A stretch of DNA of 64,000 nucleotides, from NCBI GenBank assembly GCA_965655095.1, contig OZ296659.1:3348001-3412000 (forward strand), read 5' to 3'. Source of the DNA: Haplodiscus bocki (lineage: Eukaryota). Positions 54,180-64,000 of the stretch are shown here, one piece after another (position 1 is the first letter of the stretch; each line of letters starts with the position of its first letter). The notes under the pieces are model-generated. The model was given only the letters and a program-made list of their open reading frames with translations, did not search any database and had not been told where the DNA came from. The position numbers were made by a program, and so were the translations under genes.

Positions 54180-55315
54180 TAAATATGAATGACGCAGTGA
54201 TTCGACAGCTTAAAAACAGACTTTCATCTGGATCAGACGACATAAGCAACGTAGTCCTCAAAATCTGGGACGACGTATTTGCATTCTATTTAGCTGAGCT
54301 TATCAACAGAACTGGTTTTTTCCCTATGAGCTACATTTTTAGTAAGTTTTTTCACTTCATAATGGTGGATGCTACCGTGATGTGAGTTACCAATTTTTGT
54401 ATTAAATGCTTGAAATATTTTTTAAACGTGTAATTCATAGTGGAATTGACAACTTTTTGGGAAAATTTAATCTTCTTCATGGTTAGCAATTTGTTTTCCG
54501 AAAAAAAACATGCACCGGCCAAATCGACAGATATATTAGCACGTGCTAGTGGAATTGTAATTTGTAGTTTTTCTTGATCTCATGAATATGATACTCTATT
54601 TCGTCTTATTTGGCTACAGAAACCGGAAGCTCATGGACTCAGAGGCGTTGCGAATGATAGCTCACAAATTACTTAACGGGGATAGAATGCAATGTGTTGT
54701 AATCAATATTTATAATTCTGAGTGGATGCGTTTGTTTACTGGCTTTCCCCAATGTTTTGCCCCGGAACCTTTGTTTTTTAATTTTCATAAATGATATCGT
54801 CCGGGTTGTTCGAAACTCTCAGATTTATTCGCGGATTGTTCAATATTTTAAGTACTACCTCATCACATTTGAGCTTCCATACGGTCCTAAGTAGAATGTG
54901 ATTGGTTAAAATGGAATAATTGATCAATGAATGCAGACTTATAGCTTTGTTAATTCAAAGTTAGATTTTATTCTATCATAGAAACTGTCCGAAATGACTC
55001 AACGATAAAATATTGTGAGTCTTCAAGACGTTTGAATGTTTTGATCAATAGAAAACTGATATTTTGCCTTTGAATATTTTCAAAACTAAAGTTGCTAGGC
55101 ATTTTAGAATCGTAGCTAAAATGAGGCACTGACTTCTCAAAAGTGTTCTTTTAAATTATTGTTCATATTACAATAAACCGAAATTCAGTATGCGATTCTC
55201 GTCTATGATTGCAGTACCTTTTCAATAGTTAGCCAATTCTTCTCATGCAAAGAAAGTTTATTCGATTAGTTTTTTTGATGGTAAATTTGAAAGTATTTCA
55301 ACAGTTTTGGATTAC
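54180..55315 (+). pseudogene. LINE ORF2 reverse transcriptase and C-terminal region remnant
   Basis: IRQLKNRLSSGSDDISNVVLK...LAELINRTGFFP (inside ORF 54113-54385), QFVFR at 54487 (cf. QFGFR), FLDL at 54570, RMQCVVIN..SEW...TGFPQCFAPEPLFF..NDI at ~54680-54797 (cf. [20 protein letters not shown]), LFAD at 54825 (cf. LFADD), and KVARHFRIVAKMRH*LLKSVLLNY...KFESIST at ~55085-55305. Confidence 0.92.
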
Positions 55316-55327
55316 ATCAAAATTCAG

Positions 55328-55382
55328 TATATATAATATAAATAAATATAAATAAATAATATTTATAAATAAATAAATAATA
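55328..55382 (+). repeat. AT-only (TAAA/TA)n low-complexity tract where recognisable LINE ORF2 homology stops
   Basis: tatatataatataaataaatataaataaataatatttataaataaataaataata. Confidence 0.85.
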
Positions 55383-58244
55383 GGTGGAGATAAAAGGTTG
55401 ACACACCTTGGAGAAGCGAGCTTTTGTGCATCTTGGTTTTTCCGGGTGTTTTTTACTTCTATTTGCTTTTTGATGACTTTGAACAGCTTTTACGTGAGAA
55501 TGAACAATTGAAGAATACGTTGCCCGTAGGTATGCACAACATTTTCTTCCCAATATAAACCTATATTGGTTAAAAATCCAAAACTAAAGTAGATATCCTG
55601 GAAATATTTAATTGTCGCGTGTCGTGTATGTTTTTTTTATATTTTTAATTAGGCATGCCCTCCATCTTGTGAGCGCGCATCTATTCTATCCATCAATCAA
55701 AAGTAAAATCTGTTCAAATTTTATGTTAGAATCTAAATCGATAGGAAAATTTTTTGCTGATGATTATTACAAGAAATAAAGTTCTTTTTTTTGACCTTTT
55801 AGCAGTGTGCAGCAAAGAAAAAATACAACCCACTCTAATTGGGAATTTGATTTATAAAACTCGGAATAATAATTAGGATGAAGCCATAAGTTACTTCATA
55901 ATTGTGAAAATTCATACAACAAACGATTTGAGCATGCTCCTAATTAGCTGATGAAAAGAAATGAGGGTGCCGGTCTCTCTCAAACTTGAACAAATTGAGA
56001 TTTAAATTGTATCATTGAAGAATTTTCACTGGATCGAATGTGTGCGTGGAGCAAAGAAGGAAGAACTGGCCAATTCAGTGTCACTTTCAAGGATTGAATC
56101 AATGGTGGTGTTTTGGTTTTTAGGTATTAAGCGATAGCTTAAGACCTCATGCTTTTACTTCTTGCTTTGCTTAACTCCGTCACCCGAGCAGACCGCCAAA
56201 CGAACAAAAATGATGAAAAGATGTTGTAAATTGGAAGAGTGGAATACTTACTCTTTAGGACCTCCCGGAGGTGAATACTGTTGATTGTGGATTATTGCTT
56301 GTCAAGTCATTGTTGCTTTTTAAATATCACGCTTGAGTGTCTTCGAAGTTATTGAATTCTCTTTTGAATTGATAAGACTCACTAAAGACTTGATTTTTGA
56401 CCATGTAAGCAGACTTTAAATGAAAGCAGCATAAAAATGCTAGAAAAAAAAGACAACAGCGAATTAACCTGTTTTTAAAGCGATAATCCTCATCAACGTT
56501 CAATAACTGTCAATAAGGTCATATTATTGTTGATAGCCTTGAAAACTTCCTAGAATGCTATCAAGCCTAAGAAATTGAGCAAATTAAACCGTATCAATTT
56601 ACAGCTGAGGTCGATTTTCACCAAGAGGTGCCTCTGATTTGAAATCGCCTTTGAATAAAAGAGGAACAGAAGCGTCGATTTTTTTAATTAAAAGCCGCGG
56701 CTTCTGTTAATGAAAATTTTGGTAACCATCTTAATATTCCGGCACTTGGCTGAAATTGAAGCGGCAGCTAAAATGAGCAGTGGCCTCTTCAGATATCTCG
56801 AGGATCACTGACACATTGAAAGGTAACGGGACAAAGTTGAATAAGCTTTTTTATATAAGCAAAGTTGTTCAAGTGCTGAGTGATATGTTATAGGATGCAA
56901 AGCATTTGTGTTGTCTCATGTACGAATCAGAACGAGATTTACGTTAAGAGATTATGTATTGCATGCTTCTGAAAATGTAAACCATCGAAACTGGAGGCAA
57001 ACGGCTGTAGGAAATCTGATGAAAGAAATCTCACTCATATTTAGCATCTTTGTTTTTTCTCACTCTTAGTAGCTTGGGGATAAGAAAGCTTCGGGAAAAA
57101 AACTGATTAAGTTTATAGTTTTCCTCGAAGCCTGGCTTTTCTGTCCAACATTTATCATCTGATTATCCAATGGCATTGAAGCTTCTTTTCGAGAGAATGC
57201 GGTGAAGTTTAAAAAACCGGTGGTTAATTCTAGCCGCTTCATTGAGAGCTCAAAAATTTTATGGAGTTTTTTTAAGGTTCTTGATCATTCTTACTACTCA
57301 AGACCGTGTTGAAAAGTAATTATGTTCAAAAATCTCGAGAAAAAAATGATTAAATTTCTGTCAATTCATGATTCACCCAAAACGGTTGGACTTTCCTGAA
57401 TATTTGCACTGTTCAGTTTTTTTATTACACCCGAGATTTCACCCCAGCAACGTTTCCAACCCTCAACTCGGTGATGTACAATTATAGGATCATTTAGGGT
57501 AATGTTTAAATGATCCTCTAAAGTTTTATTGGCTTTCACTGAGAAATTTTTTAGTATTTTCATTTAAATGTTTCTTTCATTTTTAAAAATCTGAAAGTAT
57601 CGAAAATTCGGATTTTAGGCTTTAAAATATATCGAATCAACGCCAGAGAAGAAATTTTCTATTTGAAAAGTTACCGCAGATTAAAAGCTATGTTTTTTTG
57701 AAATGTTCAGACTAGTTTCTGAAATGTTTGTCTAGACTTTTCTTATTTTTGATTAGAAGAATGATATTTTCAAAAGTTGTTTATCTGAAAACTTTTGGTT
57801 GTATTGCATCTTTTCATTGGGCCCGCTGAAAGCCGGCGATCTGCAACTTTTTTACAGCATCCAGAAGTACATTTCAGTTCAAAAAGTTGTGAATATACTT
57901 TTTTCACACTGAGCGTTCGAACGTAATGAGGCAAGCAAGTGTTGAACGGTCGACGTTTATTTTTTTCGGCCAGCTACAAACTCGCAATTTTTTATAATAA
58001 CCCAGGCTAGATTTGTTCATGCGCTCTTGTTTTCGTCCAAATATTTGGTCACATGGCCCCATTTTATAGCGTGCCTGCTTGCCGGTAATGTGTTGTTATA
58101 CAGTGAGGCAGCAGATAGAGAGCTAAAATGTTGAAATTGCACAAAATGCTTCAGTAAAAGATAGTATTCTGCTGCTTTTTATCAAAAATATTTCGAAAGG
58201 AAAATATAGAATTCAGTAGTCGCAGTTTTTTCATTTCCTGATTT

Positions 58245-58357
58245 TGCCCATAGCGTGCAGAGTTCGAGTCTGCGGAATCACTGGCGCCTTGCATATTACA
58301 TCCGTGGTGGCGATTAGGTTTTCCACAGGTTGCGGGTTCCAATCCCTTTATGGGCCA
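58245..58357 (+). other. Possible tRNA-derived relic (pseudo-tRNA or SINE head)
   Basis: The 3' part aggttgcgggttccaatccctttatgggcca resembles a tRNA variable loop, T-arm and acceptor end (B-box-like GGTTCCAATCC). tatgggc (58349-58355) is complementary to gcccata (58246-58252). The middle does not fold as a normal D or anticodon arm, and the span is too long at 113 nt. Confidence 0.3.
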
Positions 58358-59634
58358 TACTTCTTACATATTCTTCGAAACTCGTTAACACATTCTCATT
58401 TTTCAATAGGTTAAAACGGGGCTTTATAAAAAATTTCGGGTTTTTCGGTAGGCAGGTTCTCTTTTCTCAAACATCATCCGCTTTTTGTCATCACTGAAAC
58501 GAATGCTTCTTTTTCAATCTTTTTTCAAAACTTTGGGAATTTTTTTCGACTTTCCTGAGAGAACCGAAAATATTTAAATCTCTTATAAAGTTCAATTACG
58601 TCAAATGTGAATAATTGAATTTTTTTTCAGTTTTTTGTATCAGTGTTTTCACTATCCTAATTTCTACGGGGCCGGAACATGCAATTTTATTTTGAGAGTT
58701 TCTTCAAACGCGTTTTTCTTTATAAGTGGCATGGTTGCCGCCATTTAGCCCGGATTTGGCCACTCGTGATTTAGATCATCTGTTAAGTAGCATGCCTTAT
58801 TTATGTCGTGCTGTCATCTCGAAAAAATTGAACTTGTAATTGAAGAATTATAGATACTTTTACTTATGCATTTCGTTGAATAATTTTTTTTTTGAGTTTC
58901 GTTGGTCACATTGCATCCATTCAGCATTATTTCATGTAATCTAGAGTAAGGGCGACTGTAAAGTAGCAGTGATGGTTTTTTAATACTTTCGTTAGGAGAA
59001 ACAGCAACTTCTAATTTAAAAAATTGTTTTCCATTGCGCCATTTGTCGAAAGTAGCTTTCTTGTGAGCTGCTCCTCTGATAACGTCTGTGCAGCGGCTCT
59101 TAGAATACACGTTTACTTTACCATCTGAGAAATAGCAGGGATTGTCTAATCTCTGTTCCAATAACGAGAATTTGTTATTTTTGATCGAAAAAAAATAGAT
59201 CTTCAATCAATTAGTGCGTTCCTGCAAAATATTTTTTGAAGGCATGATCTGATTGTACCATGCAGCCAAAATTCGACCACCCACAGCTCAGAACGTGTGC
59301 CAAGTAGTAGCGCAATTGATCTTTTTGCCACTTGCTGTGGAATATCCAAGCTGGCCAAGCCAGTTTATAAGAATCTATTTTTTTGTCTGTTCGGTAAACT
59401 CGGAAAAACTAAATGATAACACTCGTTTCTGCTTCCGAAATTGCTGCCTATTTTCTTTCGTAGATAAATTTCCCTGAAGTGCTTGACTTGCAACGAAACT
59501 TCAACTTTCAAAAATCCAAGTCTCTGGCGTTTTTTCCCCGAAATACCCCCAAAACCTCTATTTTCAGGGTGAAACTCGTTCAAACTTCCCTATCTTTATA
59601 CCTATTTGACGCGTCTTTCCGATTTTTTGCTTTT

Positions 59635-59677
59635 TGCAGAAAGATCAATACAACATGCAGAAAGATCAATACAACAT
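59635..59677 (+). repeat. Perfect 21-bp tandem duplication
   Basis: tgcagaaagatcaatacaaca occurs twice (59635-59655 and 59656-59676). Confidence 0.97.
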
Positions 59678-61249
59678 CCCAATGTAATGCGTTTCAACTT
59701 TAGCTTGCTGCTGACACTCCTTCGATGGACTTTTCGCCGACGAAATTTCAAATTTGAGCTATATATCTGGCTACGTTGGTTTTTTTTTCTGTTTTTTGCG
59801 TATATAGACCTCCAATTCCAGTAATTTATGCACTGTTTTTATGAGGAGACTCATCATCTAATCATTTTGGTTCGAGTGTGATTTTTCTTCAACAGGTTTT
59901 GAGCAAAAGAAAATTGAGAATCGAGCAGTTTTTGGGTATTTCGATAACTTTTTTCAAATCCCGTTTGTTTTTTCTTTGCAACCCCTAAGGCCTGAAATTG
60001 ATTCAACTTTACATTAGAATAAATAGGGAACTTCAATGTATCAGATTCTCTATTTCGGGTGCCCGCGGAAGTTTATCTGAAGTTTTTTTTTCCGCAAAAG
60101 TCTGGAAATGGAGCTGTTTTTAATCCGAATATCTTCTGTAGGTTTCTTGTCGTCCGTCGAGCAATCACACTCCAAAAATTGTATTCGCTGTTGCAAAAGA
60201 TAACTCTATTGTTTCATCTTCTCCTTTTTTAGAGTAGAAAATTTTCGGTTAGTGTTTTCGAAAGGTGCTGAAAATCCGAGCTTTGGAAACTTCAGTGCTT
60301 TATCCTAGAAGATAAATCTGAAATCCACCAATCGTTTCCGGATGTATAACTGAGGAACTACATTCCATTACATAGTGTATTTCGATCACAATCAGGAGGA
60401 TGCTCGGCAGGTTCCTGGCGGATGAAAACTTGCGAGTTGTTTTCCGTCATTTTGAGTATTTTTTGTCGAAGTTCGATCCTATATCCTCGAAGATAAGTGT
60501 GAATAGTTCAAGAGACTTAACAAACCGACATCAGTCTCGCGTATATTGAATTTTCTCTTGCTGTCAAAATTTGTTTCGATGTTTTGTGTGCGGTAGAATC
60601 TGGAAATCTAGCTGTTTTGAGTTTTTCACTTCCGATCTCACATCTTAGAAGTCAAGTCTCAAAAATACGAATAATTCCCAGAGTTAAACGAGAAGACTCC
60701 TATGTCTTGAATGTTTTTTCTCTAAGGATGTAAGAATGTTTGAATTTAGGTTTTTCTGCGAAACACAAAAATGAGTGTCTCTGGAAGACACCTTGTTGGA
60801 ATCATCATTTTAGCTTAATTCGAAATCCCCGACATACGGAGGTTTCGAGTAAAAAATGAGAGCACGTGTTGCTTGCAATATTGAGTCCTTCGTGCTGCGA
60901 TCCGAGCACCTAGCCCGTGACTGAAATTGTTTTAATTTAACTCAACTTCCTGTTTATTGGGTGCTACACTTGTCAGCTTAGCGAGCAAAATAAATGTTTT
61001 ATGATTGAATTCGTTTTTTTTCCGTCCGGTACAAACTGGCAATTGATGTACAATTCAATTTTCCTAACATCATTGCTTACAAGTGAATACAGAGTTCGTT
61101 CAAGCGCTCTCGCAATATTGCAATCTTCCGTTCATGTAGCTTAGTTTCCAGCGTCCTTGCTTCCTGTAAAGGCGTTCTTATCTAGTGAGTGAGCAAATCA
61201 ACAGCTGAAAGAGTCCTCAAAATGTTTATTTGATTACAAATTGAAGATT

Positions 61250-62340
61250 TCAATCTTCCTGAAGAATAATGATATGATTGTAGCCTGTCAAAAAGGATTC
61301 AAAAACTACCTACTGACCTAAGGCATTTACAAGTAGTAGGGATAGTTTAATTTGGACTTTCAGCTCGAAAAGTGACGAGTTGTTATTCAGAAATTTAACA
61401 ATCGCTTTTTGTTGCAAAAGATTTTCGTGAGGAGTTTTCGTCCGATTACGTCAATCCAACGTTCTTTTGACTCGCATCCACCTGGAAGACATGAGAAGTA
61501 ATAGGAATGGTTCGTTCCGTTCTGTTGTCTGGAAAAGGTCAATTTGTGCTTCTAAAACGAATGTTTATTTTACTTGCGTCGTTCGATAAATGTGTTTCTC
61601 TTGAAGACTATTGGATTTTGCGCAAGCACCGTTCTTTTGAACAGTCAATCCATCCATAATTGGACTTGTTGCCTCCTATTAGCCATGTACAGTGACAGGG
61701 ATTAATTGTTTCATGGTTTTTGGACGAAAATTTTTCACCTCTAATTAGATTTTTAACTACGACTCTAGTTGCGTCATTCGTCACAACTATTTTTTTAAAG
61801 ACTTTTGGTCGGAATGTGTCCATCCAGCGCTCAGTAGAATTGCGGCTACATAGTGATGCTCTGGAGTGGCAGAGAATTAGTTTTTCATAGTTTTTTGAGG
61901 GAAATTTGATGTAATTTGGATTGAATGCTGTTTTCACTTGCGCCGCTCGTTGAAAGCGATTTTCTCGGGGATTGTTTGTTCCATTGCGTCGATGCAGCGC
62001 TTATCAGACTAGTTGGTTCTCAAAGCATCTGAGAAGTCGGGTGGATGGTCTATTTTGTTGGTACTTAGGAAAAAATTTTCGTCACTCGAAAAAAAGTCTT
62101 CATTTTCTGCTTTTTTCAAATCTGATTGTTCACATGATTGTTTTTGAGATTGGCTCCGTCCACGGATTCTCCAACCACTCACAGCTCAGAGTATCAACGA
62201 AGTAGTACAGTTGATCTATGGAAGGTTTCAACTTTAAATTGTAGAATCAACCAAGGTCGCATTTACGTGTATTTCGAAAGTGATTGTGTTGTTGAAAGTC
62301 TTGAAGACTATTGGTAGCATTGCGTCCCGATATTTTTGGG
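61250..62340. repeat. Highly decayed ~170-bp tandem repeat (about 6 copies)
   Basis: Anchors: cgttcttttga at 61460 and 61630; gtc(a/c/g)at(c/g)ca.cg at 61450, 61818 and 61988; a.ttgcg.c..tcg at 61572, 61767 and 61936; tcttgaagactattgg at 61599 and 62299; cattgcgtc at 61982 and 62318. Confidence 0.5.
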
Positions 62341-64000
62341 AGTAATTATTTTCGTTCCGCGTAGAGGCTCCATAGAAAAGCAGTGATTTTTTTCACATTT
62401 TCGCAACCAGCAAGTGTCATATCACAGGCTTTAGATACTTTTTTGCGATCCTTTGACAACTCGCATTTGTTCCTAGATTCTAATATTCTACAGTTTGTAT
62501 CCTCGCTCTCACTTTCTTGCAAAACTTTGTTTTTGCGCCTTCGTGCAGTTCGAAAATAAAATCTTGTGTACATGGTCTATATTTCGACATGAGTGCTTGT
62601 TTTGAACATAAAGCGAAATAACTGCAAAAGCAGTTTTTCATTGTTACATTTGTGTAAAAGTTTATCCGAAATAACTGAGTTATGAATTTTGTTTGTTTGA
62701 GCAGTAGTTTTTGTAGTACGGTGGCCCCTTGGAAAGTCAGTTATTCATGTGCGATTTGTTGACTAGTTTTCAATAGGCGCAAATGTTCCGAGGGGTATCT
62801 TTTTTTCTGTGTTTATTTTTACTGTGAATAAGTTAGACTTTTTATGGGGAACTTACCGAAGTTTTTCGCGTCTTTGATCAAGCGTATTTTTCTCTGAAAC
62901 TGTTGATGACATCAGGGCCAGTGAAACATGTGTCAGGCAGAAAATAAGCGGAAAACGTGGTACAAGAAACGGCACTTTTTTGAAAATCCAATGCCAACCA
63001 CTTCGTATTCCGAAGCCCATCTCCTTTTTGGTAGTACTGATTTAACTACCAGATCCCAAAACTTGTTAACTCTGCTGAAACTTGGTTCTTCTGTCTTCCA
63101 AGTGTTATGGAATATAATTGTCACCCACTTTTTTCCCGATCCGTTGAAGATTTGCGTCGGCTTTTCAACTGTTCTCCAGCCTGCTTAGCCCGAAATAAAC
63201 TAATCAGCGGTAAACTGTCAAATGCGTATAGTTGGATAATTCTACTAGTGTCAGCTAATTACCTGATATTCGACTGTAAAATCGTGATCGTTTTTTGTAG
63301 GACATCCATTCTGTGTTCTTCGGTTTGTAAAAATCCACAGTCCATTCGGAGACACAGATTACTGGGAATCTGCAGGATACCAATGGTGTCCATTTCATGC
63401 TTTTCTAGCCAAGTATCTTTATTTGGTGTTTGAATTTCTATTGGCCATTTTTCAATTGTTTCTCTCAAAGACTGCTAGTCGTATTGCTGTCTTTCAACAC
63501 TCATTTGATATCCTTGAGAATTGATATTTTGCGGAGTACCAGAGACACGACTTCAAAATTCGCATGAAACATATCTTGACTCGTACTGTGAAGTTCGAAA
63601 AGTTTTTAATTGCGTCTCATCAATTTTGTTTTTCTCTCAGTGTATTTGTTGGATCGTGGTCATTCAGTGCTCATCAGAAATTTGCAATGTATACAGTCTG
63701 ACAAGAAGCAAAGATCTGAATTTTTGAAGGTTTCATACTCTACTCGAGAAATATTTTGAGCTGTTGGAAAATTTTTACTGGAGTCTTTCTTCGAAATTGT
63801 TTTTCCGAAGACTTCTGGCTGGATTGTGGTCGTCCTGTGCTCAATCGAAAACCGGCAATATTGAAATTCTGCCAATAAGCTAGGATCCCCGTACCCCACT
63901 TCTCTAGCTTAAAAATTGGACCTCTGGCTCGAAAAAAGCGTTTTTTGATTTTTCAGACATTTTGACTGAAAGGAAGACTCTAAGTGAATGGGGCTTATGC

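Larger units (their letters stand above)
52078..55315 (+). mobile_element. Degenerate non-LTR retrotransposon (LINE), CR1/L2 group (Crack/Daphne-like), order ORF1-EN-RT; true 5' end lies somewhere upstream within U41
   Basis: Colinear remnants on the + strand of ORF1 (52078-~52890), APE endonuclease (~52990-53620) and RT plus C-terminal region (~54180-55315), all with many stops and frameshifts. Clade assignment is from motif recall, not from a search. Confidence 0.9.

Noticed and set aside
56240-56430. Possible minus-strand exon ending in a strong GTAAGT donor at ~56246-56251
   Set aside because: The frames I read contain stops shortly upstream, and no convincing acceptor or protein similarity is visible.
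58814-59206. 130-aa minus-strand ORF and the other short ORFs in 55.3-64 kb
   Set aside because: No recognisable domain. The K/F/S/N-rich composition is what AT-rich non-coding or decayed repeat DNA produces by chance.

Overview
Eukaryotic, AT-rich, non-genic window, probably from an invertebrate animal (inference). I find no intact protein-coding gene. Bases 1-52799 are a head-to-tail array of 41 monomers of 1263-1325 bp that continues off the left edge. Each monomer is about 0.6 kb of upstream/5'UTR-like DNA plus about 0.7 kb of a disabled ORF1 from a CR1/L2-group LINE, with a variable (GA)n(GCGA)m tract inside the ORF1 part. The last monomer runs colinearly into the single-copy rest of the same dead LINE: ORF1 C-terminus, APE endonuclease and reverse transcriptase (about 52800-55315). 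The array therefore looks like a macrosatellite born in situ from a LINE 5' end and still attached to its parent element. Monomer variants show 2-mer, 3-mer and 6/7-mer higher-order repeats, conversion patches and a templated-insertion repair scar. The remaining ~8.7 kb is mostly unassignable. It holds a possible tRNA-derived relic, a 21-bp duplication and a highly decayed ~170-bp repeat. The recurring short ORFs in the supplied track are by-products of the repeat. All alignments were done by eye.
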